From Sedimentisphaerales bacterium (GTDB taxonomy: Bacteria > Planctomycetota > Phycisphaerae > Sedimentisphaerales > SM23-30): a stretch of 64,000 nt of DNA. The notes beneath the pieces were generated by a model that was not told the origin of the DNA, did not search any database, and saw only the letters and a list, made by a program, of their open reading frames with translations. The translations under genes were made by a program, and so were the position numbers. Below are positions 21,712-31,680 of this stretch, piece by piece. The stretch lies in assembly GCA_963663965.2 (NCBI GenBank), contig CAXXFK010000001.1, forward strand, positions 192,001-256,000, given 5' to 3'. Positions within the stretch are counted from its first letter, which is position 1. Each line of letters opens with the position of its first letter.

Positions 21712-22210
21712 ACTAGCACGGACTCACACGGACCTGCACAGACTGACTCAGGGCGGTCAGGCCGCAACCAAAGAAGAAATAGTTCACACAAAGCCGCGAA
21801 GCCACGAAGGTTAACAGCCGTTTAGACAGGATCACAGGATCAACAGGATAAAAGTTCGGGACCATTAAAATATCTTATAAGATGTAGTAATTACTTTGCT
21901 TATAAAACATAAGAACAAAAAGCTTGCTAAGAAAACAAAGAAATGATGGATTGTAGTACGGACAGGCATAGGGGGTAGACAAGACAGGGAGAAGAGATTT
22001 GATATTTGACATTGCAGAAATCTGATGATGAATGACATTGGTCAGCTGGGATTTGTGTGGATGTAATCATGAGGGGAATGCACGGACAGTGGGGAACAGA
22101 AACGCCCATGAATGGCGCCTGCACGGAGGGATAATAGCAATTGAACTTTTTGTTTTATTAACAGAGGGAAATTATTTATAATAAGGCGACAGGATAACAG
22201 GATTGACAGA
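21712..22210 (+). repeat. cluster of 9-nt-period tandem motifs in purine-rich intergenic DNA
   Basis: cacggactcacacggacctgcacagac; cacaaagccgcgaagccacgaag; acaggatcacaggatcaacaggat; acaggataacaggattgacagaat. A 25-mer at 22064-22088 recurs at 31353-31377. Confidence 0.6.
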
Positions 22211-22382
22211 ATGGTGTAGAAAGAAATGGCAAGAATGATTAAAAATGGTTATTGAAGAAATCGAAGTGATGCATAACAACCTATGATATAACCGCCTTTT
22301 TACCATGAAGATATTGAAAGGCATGAAAAGCTAGAGGAATAATAAGGGAATTTTGATCAAACGTTGAATCACTGCATATTTA

Positions 22383-23771
22383 ATGAAGAAAACGATTTTA
22401 CTTCTATTACCCGATGCCAAAATGCACAAACTCAAGATTGGGACTCATGTTCGATCCATGAGAGAGGCCCCATTGACACTGGCCTCACTTGCGGCTATGG
22501 CCCCGGCTGAATTTGAGTTTAATTTCGTTCTTATCGATGGCAGTATCGATCCGATCCCCTGGGAGATGAATCCTGATTTAGTGGGTATCAGCGTCATGAC
22601 GGGCACCGCGAATGAAGCCTATCGTATCGCCGATCATTTCAGGCAAAAGGGCGTCATCGTGGTCTTAGGAGGGGTTCACACCACCTTGATGCCCCAGGAA
22701 GCCGCTCAACATGCCGACAGCATGGTCATCGGCATGGCGGACACGGCATGGAAAGACCTTTTAACCGATTTCTGTCATCAAAAGCTCAAGTCTTGTTATG
22801 ATGGAACAAAAAGTGAAAACGATTGGCTCTGCGATATTCCATCCCCACGCCTCGATTTAATCCGCCGAAGCGGCTATATGGTTCCGGATTCCGTCCAGGC
22901 CACCCGGGGATGCAGTAAGAAGTGTGATTTTTGTTCGGTCCCCCCGGTCTGGAACCGGTTTCAAAAGAGACCGATAGCGGATATTGTCAGAGATATCCAG
23001 AAATGCCGAGGGCCGTATCTGGCCTTTGGCGATGTCAACTTAATCGACGACCTGACTTATGCCAGGGAACTCTTTACGGCATTGATTCCCTTAAAAAAGA
23101 AATGGGGCGGATTGGCGACCACAGAGATCCTACACGAACCGGAATTACTCGAACTCATGGGAAGAAGCGGATGTCAATTTTTACTGATTGGATTCGAATC
23201 GGTCAATCAGCCATCATTGAATCAGATTGCCAAGGGATTTAACCGCAGTAACGATTACAAAGAACTGGTTTACCGTTTACATCGGGCTGGCATCTCGGTA
23301 CAGGGTTGTTTTGTGTTCGGTTTTGATCATGACGATACCACGGTTTTTTCCCATACCGTGCAGCAGGTTCAGGAGTTGAGAATCGATATCCCCCGGTACT
23401 CAATCTACACGCCCTATCCGGGCACGCGCTTGTTTTCGCGCCTGGAAGCCGAACAACGAATCCTCAGTTACAACTGGGACGATTATGACACTATGCATGT
23501 CGTATTCGAACCGAAAAATATGAGCAGCAACGCGCTTTACACAGGCTTCAAATGGGCCTACCGGGAAACCTTCAGAATGAAGCATATCCTTCAACGGACC
23601 TGCGGTTTTCATGTTTCTTTTCCCATCAATCTGGTCGGGAACATCACATACCGGCAGTTTGTCAAACGTTTATATCGGGACCGCCGTTTCAGATCCCCCT
23701 ATTCAATCCATCATGCCGCGAAGAATTACCACACGGAGCGTATCCGGGCCTTACGATTATGCCACACGTAA
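22383..23771 (+). CDS. cobalamin-dependent radical SAM protein
   Basis: B12-binding N-terminus (DLVGISV..VVLGGVH); CSKKCDFC; GFES; TPYPGT. Confidence 0.92.
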   Translation: MKKTILLLLPDAKMHKLKIGTHVRSMREAPLTLASLAAMAPAEFEFNFVLIDGSIDPIPWEMNPDLVGISVMTGTANEAYRIADHFRQKGVIVVLGGVHTTLMPQEAAQHADSMVIGMADTAWKDLLTDFCHQKLKSCYDGTKSENDWLCDIPSPRLDLIRRSGYMVPDSVQATRGCSKKCDFCSVPPVWNRFQKRPIADIVRDIQKCRGPYLAFGDVNLIDDLTYARELFTALIPLKKKWGGLATTEILHEPELLELMGRSGCQFLLIGFESVNQPSLNQIAKGFNRSNDYKELVYRLHRAGISVQGCFVFGFDHDDTTVFSHTVQQVQELRIDIPRYSIYTPYPGTRLFSRLEAEQRILSYNWDDYDTMHVVFEPKNMSSNALYTGFKWAYRETFRMKHILQRTCGFHVSFPINLVGNITYRQFVKRLYRDRRFRSPYSIHHAAKNYHTERIRALRLCHT

Positions 23772-25108
23772 CATTCATCTATCCCAGTATCGGGCGTTTT
23801 GAAGATACCCGCTATGTCCGTTCCTGGCAAATGCAACCTCTCAGCATCGCATTGCTGGCCGGACTGACTCCCGCCCATTGGGATAAAACTTTTTTTGACG
23901 ACCGACTGGAAGCGATCGATTATCATATTCCAACCGATCTGGTGGCCATCTCCGTTGAAACTTACACGGCCAAGCGAGCCTATCAAATCGCCAGAACGTT
24001 TCGAGACAAAGGGATACCCATCGTTATGGGAGGCTATCATCCGACTCTCTGTCCGCAAGAAGTTCAACACTATACCGACGCCCTTTGCATCGGGCAGGCG
24101 GAAGGGGTCTGGGAACAAATATTAAGCGATCGGGAAAACCAATCACTCCAGAAAACCTATCAAAGCCCGGAAAACACCCCCATATCTTCCCGTTTCGATC
24201 GAACCATTTTTCAAGGCAAAAACTATCTAAGCCTCGGTCTGGTTGAGGCGGGACGAGGGTGTCCTTTTCGCTGTAATTTTTGTTCGATAACCGCCTTTTA
24301 TCAGGCTAAATACCAGCGAAAAAACATTTCAGATCTCGTTAACGAAATCAAGCAATTCCCACACAAACTCATCTTCTTTGTCGATGACAATCTGGTGGCG
24401 GATTTTGAATCCGCCAAAGCGCTTTTCCGGGCGATTATTCCACTCAAGATCAGATGGATCAGTCAAGTAAGTATTAATATTGCTGCGGACCGGGAATTGA
24501 TGGACCTGATGGTAGAAAGCGGGTGTATCGGCGTTTTAATCGGATTCGAATCCCTATGCGCCCATCATATGAAAACGATGAACAAGCAAGTCAACATTGC
24601 CTGCGATTACCCAGCCGTTCTTTCTGATATTCAAACCGCGGGTATTCGCGTCTATGGCACATTCATGTTTGGCAACGAATTTGACAGTCAGGACCTGATG
24701 GATCAAACCTACTCTTTTGCCGTGCAGCACAAGCTGTTTCTGGCCGCCTTCAATCATATCGTTCCCTTTCCAGGCACCTCTTTATATGAGACCTTGAAAA
24801 CGCAAGGATCCCTGACCTATGACAGCTGGTGGTTGAGCGATGAGTACCGTTTTGGACAAATCCCTTATCATCCGAATTGCGACATGGATAGTCTACAGGT
24901 TGAAAATGGTTGTATGGAACTCAGAAAAAAATTTTACAGTTTAGCTTCCATTTTGAAACGATCTTTGGATATAAAATGCAATTGCAAAGACTTGAAAAGT
25001 TTTGCAACCTACTGGATTGTCAATTTACTAATGAGGAAAGAACTCCATCAGAAATTTGGATTACCTTTGGGAGTTCGGCAGAAAATTGACGGAAATGGCC
25101 ATGTCTAA
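23759..25108 (+). CDS. cobalamin-dependent radical SAM protein
   Basis: QPLSIALLA..DLVAIS..VMGGYHPT; CPFRCNFC; FVDDN; VPFPGT; overlaps upstream stop. Confidence 0.92.
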   Translation: MPHVTFIYPSIGRFEDTRYVRSWQMQPLSIALLAGLTPAHWDKTFFDDRLEAIDYHIPTDLVAISVETYTAKRAYQIARTFRDKGIPIVMGGYHPTLCPQEVQHYTDALCIGQAEGVWEQILSDRENQSLQKTYQSPENTPISSRFDRTIFQGKNYLSLGLVEAGRGCPFRCNFCSITAFYQAKYQRKNISDLVNEIKQFPHKLIFFVDDNLVADFESAKALFRAIIPLKIRWISQVSINIAADRELMDLMVESGCIGVLIGFESLCAHHMKTMNKQVNIACDYPAVLSDIQTAGIRVYGTFMFGNEFDSQDLMDQTYSFAVQHKLFLAAFNHIVPFPGTSLYETLKTQGSLTYDSWWLSDEYRFGQIPYHPNCDMDSLQVENGCMELRKKFYSLASILKRSLDIKCNCKDLKSFATYWIVNLLMRKELHQKFGLPLGVRQKIDGNGHV

Positions 25109-26213
25109 ATACGAATTCAGCCTGGCTAATCCTGCTGATGAATCTCAGCTTCGTGAATTGATCAAAACCATCATTATGGACGGCGCCCTGCGCATATCGT
25201 ATCAACGGGAACCCGATTTTTTTCTCGCTTCCCAAGTGGAAGGACGATCGGTTCAAACCATTGTTATGCGCGAAAAAACGACGGGGCAAATTGTCGGCAT
25301 GGGCAACCGATCTGTCAAGGACGTGTATATCAATGGCCATAAAAGCTCAATCGGCTATTTAAGCAGTTTAAGAGGACGGCATGAACATCGGAAAAGCACC
25401 GGACTCGTAAAAGGGTATCGTTTTCTTAAGCAATGTCATGACCAGGATCCCCAAACGCGTCTCTATCTATCCACCATCCTAGAAGACAACAACTACGCCC
25501 GAAACATTCTGGAATCGGGACGGTGTGGATTGCCATGTTATCACGATATTGGCCGGTTTTATGCGTGTGCGGTCGGTTTGAGACAGAAGACTATTTTTAA
25601 CCCCTCTAACAACTATATGGTACGCCAGGCATCTCCTGAAGACGCGGTCTCAATCGCAACCTTTTTGAATCAAGAAGGGAAACAGAAACAATTTTTTCCC
25701 TGTTACACCCTGGAAGACCTCATTGGAGACAGTGGCTTGCTGCCAGGTTTGCCACCTGACCATATTCATCTGGCTTTTCAGAATGAAAGGCTGGTTGGAG
25801 TTACTGCCGCCTGGGACCAGAAATCGTTCAGGCAATCTTTCTTCCTGGGGTATCGTTCCAAGCTTAAATTTATCAAACCCCTAGTCAATCCTATTGCCCG
25901 GTTTCTGGGGTATCCCGTCCTGCCCGCCGAGGGTCAACGCCTGAACTATCTCAACCTGGCCTTAGTGTGTGTGGTCAATAACCAACCTGACATCTTTGAG
26001 GCCTTGCTCTGCCATATTCACCAGACCTACCAAAGGCATTATTCCTTTTATATGGCGGGATTGCATGAATCGGATCCTTTATTAAGCGTGATCTTTCAAT
26101 TGAAACATATACCCTATCCCAGCCGATTATATCTAGTCTGCTGGGAGGACGGCGAGGATCATTACCAAACACTGGATACACGAATCCCCTATCTCGAGAC
26201 AGGCGCTTTATAA
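25101..26213 (+). CDS. hypothetical protein, putative tandem GNAT-fold acyltransferase
   Basis: GNAT-like segments (IVGMG..VYING..IGYLSSLR; VRQASPED..LVGVTAAWD); family assignment inferred. Confidence 0.6.
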   Translation: MSKYEFSLANPADESQLRELIKTIIMDGALRISYQREPDFFLASQVEGRSVQTIVMREKTTGQIVGMGNRSVKDVYINGHKSSIGYLSSLRGRHEHRKSTGLVKGYRFLKQCHDQDPQTRLYLSTILEDNNYARNILESGRCGLPCYHDIGRFYACAVGLRQKTIFNPSNNYMVRQASPEDAVSIATFLNQEGKQKQFFPCYTLEDLIGDSGLLPGLPPDHIHLAFQNERLVGVTAAWDQKSFRQSFFLGYRSKLKFIKPLVNPIARFLGYPVLPAEGQRLNYLNLALVCVVNNQPDIFEALLCHIHQTYQRHYSFYMAGLHESDPLLSVIFQLKHIPYPSRLYLVCWEDGEDHYQTLDTRIPYLETGAL

Positions 26214-26923
26214 TGAATGTAACGGGAATTCTTTTAGACATCAAACACCTCACTCCAGATCAGATACATATCCTGTATACTCTGATGACAAAATATTATG
26301 ACGGCATCGACCTGGTTCGTTTTCGCCAGGATCTATTTGCCAAGGATAAAATTATTCTTCTACTTAATAAACAAGATGAACCGATCGGATTCTCGACCCA
26401 ACAATTCATTTCGCTCCAGTACCGGTCAAAGGAGATCCAGGTCGTATTTTCGGGTGACACTATTATTGATAAAGCCTATTGGGGCACCACTGCCCTGCCT
26501 GTCACCTGGGGCCAGATGATGCTTGATATCCAATCGCAGTTTCCCACGAAAGATTTGTATTGGTTTTTAATCAGCAAAGGATATCGTACCTATCGTTTTT
26601 TACCCGTTTTTTTCAAGGATTACTACCCCCGGAGAGACCTGCCGACTCCGGTCTATGAGAAAAATATGATTGCGTTATTATGCCAAACGTTGTTTCCGGG
26701 ACGATATGATTCCGAACGCCAAATCATACGCGGCGCGGAAGAACCGCAGCGGTTAAAACCAGAGTATGCTGAAATTGCATCCGAACGCTTAAAGCATCAG
26801 GATATCCAATACTTCGTTCAGTCAAATCCCAATTATGGCAATGGAGATGAACTGGCCTGTATTGCCAAATTTGACACATGGAATCTCAGTCCTTTTTTAC
26901 TTAAGCGGATTCTTGCCAAATAA
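26213..26923 (+). CDS. hypothetical protein, possible GNAT-like fold
   Basis: IGFST..VFSGDTIIDKAYWG..YWFLISKGYRTYRFLP; translationally coupled. Confidence 0.6.
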   Translation: MNVTGILLDIKHLTPDQIHILYTLMTKYYDGIDLVRFRQDLFAKDKIILLLNKQDEPIGFSTQQFISLQYRSKEIQVVFSGDTIIDKAYWGTTALPVTWGQMMLDIQSQFPTKDLYWFLISKGYRTYRFLPVFFKDYYPRRDLPTPVYEKNMIALLCQTLFPGRYDSERQIIRGAEEPQRLKPEYAEIASERLKHQDIQYFVQSNPNYGNGDELACIAKFDTWNLSPFLLKRILAK

Positions 26924-26928
26924 GTTTT

Positions 26929-28521
26929 ATGATGGTTTTTACCTGTTTAATCAATCATTTCTGGACGGGCCTCATGAAAGGCGCCTGTCGGCAGTTTCTT
27001 CATGCGACTCATCATACCGAACACTGCCAACGCGTTTATCTGAAACAGCTTCTCCAACGCAACCAAAGCAGCGAATATGGGATAAAATTTTCGTTTGACA
27101 AAATCACCTCTGCCGAAGCGTTTCAACAATCGATCCCTTTAACCCATTATGAAGACTATCTACCCTATATTGAAAAGATATCGAACCAACAGAATGCCAT
27201 CCTGACTCATGATCCAGTGATCCTATTCGAACCCACCAGCGGGAGCAGTTCCGCCTCAAAATACATACCCTATACAAATTCATTGAAGCAGGAATTCCAG
27301 CAAGCCATTCATCCCTGGATTTTCAGCTTATTCAGAGAGAATCCTACTCTCTACCGATCGCGGTCATACTGGTCCATTTCACCAAAACTGAATGAAGAAC
27401 GGAGGTATAATCAATTGAGAGTGGGTTTCGAAAATGATAGCGATTACCTGGGGACTTTGGGAAAATATTGTCATCATCGGGTATGTGTATCCGATTCGAG
27501 TCTATCCACACCCCAGGATCTCAATACGTTCAGAAACATGACCCTGATACTTTTACTGGAAGCTTCCGATCTGGGATTTATATCCATCTGGCATCCAACC
27601 TTTTTGACACTCTTACTAGACCATTTCCATGCCAATCAAGAGGTTATCCTCGAAAAATTATATGTTAAAAATATAGCCAGATATCGATTTGTAAAAAAAT
27701 GTCTACGCGAATCACCCGGCAGACTATTTCAGGAGATATGGCCGCAGCTAAAGGTCATCAGTTGCTGGCAAGATGGCAATTCGACTGGAGCCACTCGTGA
27801 ATTAATGACTTATTTTCCTGATGTTTATTTTCAACGCAAGGGATTAATCGCCACGGAAGGAGTCGTTTCTTTCCCTTTAGAGCCATATCCCGAGCCGATA
27901 CTGGCAATTCGTTCACATTTTTATGAATTTATCGATCAATCAGACGGGAATATCCGATTCGCCCATCAATTGGAAAAAGGGAAATATTATTCTGTTGTGA
28001 TTACAACGGCCGGTGGCTTTTATCGATATCAACTTAAAGATATTGTTGAGATTACCGGTTTTATGCACTCGGCTCCGACCATGCGTTTTGTCGGCAAAGA
28101 GGAGTCAACAATCGATTTGTTTGGTGAGAAGCTGAATGAGGCCTTTGTGGGAGAGTGCCTGAAAGATTTATTTGCCCAATATCAAATGAATCCCTCATTC
28201 CATATCATATCCCCAATGAAAAAAGCCGGGGGATCGGCTGCTTACGTTCTTTTTCTGGTTGAAGAGAAATTATCGGACGAACAGGCACAGCAATTTATCC
28301 ATAAACTGGACAATAAGCTTCGAGAAAATTTTCACTACCATTATTGCCGCAAACTTGGACAGCTTGCCCCGATCAGGTTGTTTCGAATACGAGAAAAGGC
28401 AGAAGAAATCTATTGGGGTAAAAAATTTGAACAGAAGATAAGACTGGGAGATATCAAAACACCCCTGCTGGATAAATGTGAATATTGGCAGGACATATTT
28501 AATGGTTATTTTATAGATTAA
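26929..28521 (+). CDS. GH3-family acyl-adenylate/amido ligase
   Basis: IPLTHYEDY, TSGSS..KYIPYT, ATEG, FYEF, TTAGGFYRY..DIV, GEKL motifs. Confidence 0.9.
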   Translation: MMVFTCLINHFWTGLMKGACRQFLHATHHTEHCQRVYLKQLLQRNQSSEYGIKFSFDKITSAEAFQQSIPLTHYEDYLPYIEKISNQQNAILTHDPVILFEPTSGSSSASKYIPYTNSLKQEFQQAIHPWIFSLFRENPTLYRSRSYWSISPKLNEERRYNQLRVGFENDSDYLGTLGKYCHHRVCVSDSSLSTPQDLNTFRNMTLILLLEASDLGFISIWHPTFLTLLLDHFHANQEVILEKLYVKNIARYRFVKKCLRESPGRLFQEIWPQLKVISCWQDGNSTGATRELMTYFPDVYFQRKGLIATEGVVSFPLEPYPEPILAIRSHFYEFIDQSDGNIRFAHQLEKGKYYSVVITTAGGFYRYQLKDIVEITGFMHSAPTMRFVGKEESTIDLFGEKLNEAFVGECLKDLFAQYQMNPSFHIISPMKKAGGSAAYVLFLVEEKLSDEQAQQFIHKLDNKLRENFHYHYCRKLGQLAPIRLFRIREKAEEIYWGKKFEQKIRLGDIKTPLLDKCEYWQDIFNGYFID

Positions 28522-28754
28522 TCACATTGTGAACAAGATATCACAAGCGAGAGTGATAAAAAATGTACAAAAAAACGCTTTATGTGAATCAGGTGGGAGG
28601 AGTAACGTAGGAGGAGTGTGGATTCTGCCCCTGACTTGGAGTCAGGGCCGGATTCTCATTATTTCTGTGAAAATCGAGGAGCACAGAGAAAATTAAAAAA
28701 AGCCTTTTAGGAAAGAATGATTTTTGTCTGTCAAATGGAACAAAAGTACTTTTA

Positions 28755-30890
28755 CTAATAGATACAGGCAGGTTCGGAGGTTTCGATGGTCAGCTGGTAA
28801 TAATCCACGCCAGTATCGTCTTCGACGATGACATCCAGGCTGTTGTGGTGTTTTAGAAGATGCCGGATATCTATGGTGCTGCCGTCGGGCATGGGCAAGG
28901 CGGACAGATCCAGTTCAAAGACCACATCGGGGCTGTCAAAGGAGACGAAACCATCCTCCACGGTTTTGATACACTCCCAGGGATAATCCAGCAAACCGCT
29001 GTCGCCGGGGGCTCCGTTTTCGGTACCGAAGGGGCGGGACCAGATAATCTGATCATCGAGCGGCCAGCCAGGATCGGAAACAAAGCCCAGACGGATCCGG
29101 TCTGTTTTTTCACCGCCGTTGTTATAGCCGCACTTGGCATGGAACTTCAGAGTGGCTGAGGTGATCTCCGCATCAGCAGGTATATCCGTCAGCAGGAAAG
29201 TGTGGGCGATCCGCTGTTCAGTGGGGTAATAATCCTGACCGTTAATGCCGTACCAGGTCATGCCGGGGATCAGGTCGGTGTCTGTGACGTTCTGCTGGTT
29301 TAATGCGTCGAACAGTTCGTTACCAGGGATAGCATCATCGTTGGGAGTCTGGCCGAAATCAGGATCGAAGATGAAATTGTCTTCATCGCCGACCTGGTAT
29401 TGATAGGATCCTGTGATGGTCGTGTTGAAATCCCGCAACCAATAGGAAGCCAGGATAGCGAAGTCCTTGAGGTTGACGATCTGGTCCAGATTCAAATCGG
29501 CGGATAAATCAGATGAACCAGAGGGTACATTGTAGAGATACTGGATTTCATCTACAGATAAGGCACGATTATAGATACGGACTTCGTCAATGAGACCATG
29601 GAAAGCAGTAATTGCATATGGTATTGGGCTATTGGCGCCAACTATTAACGTAAGTTTATCTTTATCCAAGGCACCGCTGACTGCCTGAGAAATGGTTTCA
29701 TTGCCATTTTCATAAACACTGATATTGCTGCCATCATACATAAATACAATATGTTGCCATGCATTAGCCGTTAACCTATTAGTTGAATACAACTGCCTTG
29801 GCGATAAGCCGGGCAAATCAAACCATAATTGATAGTCAGAATTTATTATTGGTGCCCAGGCTTCGCCCTTATTTATAACAATCATATAATTACCATTAAA
29901 ATCATAGACTTTTACCCAACAGGAGAAAGTAAAAGGAGGATAACTATTTAAGGATTCATCATAAGGAATCTCGACATGATCCTCTACCCCATCAAAACTT
30001 AAAGCTGATCCAGAAACACCATTGGTATAGGCAGCTCCGTATATTGCTCCATGATTACCATAGCCAGATTTATCATAAGCTACTTTACCTTCACCTTCAT
30101 CAAAGCTCCAGTAACCGATTAAATCCGAATTGATACCAAGCGTACTCTCAAGAAGCCATTGATCGACCATTCCCTGCAGGTCGAATTTATCCAGTATGCA
30201 ATCTCTATTGATGTCTGCATCTAAATTATCCGTATATTCAATTTTCAAGTTATAGATATCGACAAATTCAGCATAGCCCCCATGCCATGAATATAAACCA
30301 CCATATAAATCCTTTTTGTTGAAATAATCAAGCATACTTGAGGACAGAACGGTTTGGTTATCAATAACGACTTGAATTAACTCGGTGTTTTTACAATAAT
30401 CAATTATGATGCTATGAACAGTACCATCACTGACATTGATTCCAAAAGGATAAAGGTCAATCTCAACTATTTCCGCACCATCCAAAGATAATTTTATATT
30501 ATTATCACTTACATCATCGGCTTCACCTGCAGGGGTATTATTCCAGGTATCCAACCAGATCGATAATCCTTTCGAAGGAACAAGACTCGTCGCTCTATCA
30601 GGCACACATTGAAAAACCAGACCATCCGCTCCTCCACCGGTCCAATTTCTTATACTAAACTCAAATTCCACTCTAAAATCCTCTGACACATTTATCGGTT
30701 TATCATACCAGACAGATCCCCAAACCCCAGATACCGGGCTAGTATACATCCTTATATTATTGCCATTTTTTGTTGCCTGACCATAAAATACTAGATTCTC
30801 TATTGAGTTAAAATCAGGATATTCCACTAAAATAGCAAATGAATTCAAGGTGACAATTATAAACCCAAATATGACTAAATAAATTTTCAT
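28755..30890 (-). CDS. secreted L-type lectin + LamG (concanavalin A-like) protein with dockerin-like repeats
   Basis: GSVWYDKP..GADGLVF (lectin); YWSFDEG..FDG..WQH..G.IDEVRIYNRALS (LamG); ADINRD..WL and ADLNLD..WL. Confidence 0.85.
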   Translation of the reverse strand: MKIYLVIFGFIIVTLNSFAILVEYPDFNSIENLVFYGQATKNGNNIRMYTSPVSGVWGSVWYDKPINVSEDFRVEFEFSIRNWTGGGADGLVFQCVPDRATSLVPSKGLSIWLDTWNNTPAGEADDVSDNNIKLSLDGAEIVEIDLYPFGINVSDGTVHSIIIDYCKNTELIQVVIDNQTVLSSSMLDYFNKKDLYGGLYSWHGGYAEFVDIYNLKIEYTDNLDADINRDCILDKFDLQGMVDQWLLESTLGINSDLIGYWSFDEGEGKVAYDKSGYGNHGAIYGAAYTNGVSGSALSFDGVEDHVEIPYDESLNSYPPFTFSCWVKVYDFNGNYMIVINKGEAWAPIINSDYQLWFDLPGLSPRQLYSTNRLTANAWQHIVFMYDGSNISVYENGNETISQAVSGALDKDKLTLIVGANSPIPYAITAFHGLIDEVRIYNRALSVDEIQYLYNVPSGSSDLSADLNLDQIVNLKDFAILASYWLRDFNTTITGSYQYQVGDEDNFIFDPDFGQTPNDDAIPGNELFDALNQQNVTDTDLIPGMTWYGINGQDYYPTEQRIAHTFLLTDIPADAEITSATLKFHAKCGYNNGGEKTDRIRLGFVSDPGWPLDDQIIWSRPFGTENGAPGDSGLLDYPWECIKTVEDGFVSFDSPDVVFELDLSALPMPDGSTIDIRHLLKHHNSLDVIVEDDTGVDYYQLTIETSEPACIY

Positions 30891-31557
30891 GAGTTCCACC
30901 TTTAGGATAATAATACTCGAAATATCAATTCAATTTGAAATAGATTTTTTTCGACTCAGGTATTATGTTACTAGACATGACAGCAGGTCAAGAAAAATTG
31001 TTTTCAGTGGAAATTAATTGCGACAAACTGTAAAGAGAGGCAGAATAGCAAAGACAGGCAAGACACAATTAATGTATCAGTTAAAGTTAGATGGTGGGTT
31101 CATTAAACATCTGGCCAGATGAATTAACGAGATATGGGAAATCATTAAAATGAAACTATTTCTTTTAGTACTTGGTTAAACGCCTTGGAAAAGCTTTAGA
31201 AGTTTTTCAAGACATAATAAAGAAAATTGATCAAAACACGTTGTTTACAGACGGACAAGAGTTGTTAAAAAGATGTAGATTTGAGACTTTAAAATTGCAA
31301 AGCTCTGATTACGATAATGGATGAAATTGGATAGCGGGGATTCATGAGGATTTAATCACGAGGGGAATGCACGGACATCGCGGAGGTGTAATGGGTAGTG
31401 GGCGAAATAGTGTGTGAACGGATCAATAATGAGAAGTACGTTCAGCGGAGACTCCGTACGGGTGTGGAATTTTCGCTTGATCGGGTATTTGGGGGGAAGT
31501 ATATTATTTGACGTGCCAGATTGTTATTTGGTATTTGAATTTGTGAATGAAATAAAT

Positions 31558-31645
31558 CACGCTGAAGCGTGTACTCCATACGGACTCCATATGAACTTCA
31601 TACAAACTACGTCCGTAAAAAAACACGCTAAAGCGTGTACTCCAT
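31558..31645. repeat. two REP-like palindromes CACGCT-NN-AGCGTG-TACTCC with 11-bp ACTCCATACGG tandem repeats between them
   Basis: Palindromes at 31558-31571 and 31624-31637; degenerate copy near 31437-31462. Confidence 0.75.
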
Positions 31646-31680
31646 ACATATTGAGTCGATGGATTCAGTTTGAAAGGATA

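Noticed and set aside
28615..28700. Structured ncRNA between convergent genes
   Set aside because: Two hairpins (CCCTGACT-tgg-AGTCAGGG; TTTCTGTG..CACAGAGAA) are adequately explained as terminator-like; no family recognised.
31414..31680. 89-aa N-terminal extension of the fucosidase
   Set aside because: Runs through REP repeats; the RBS and signal peptide fit a start at 31681.
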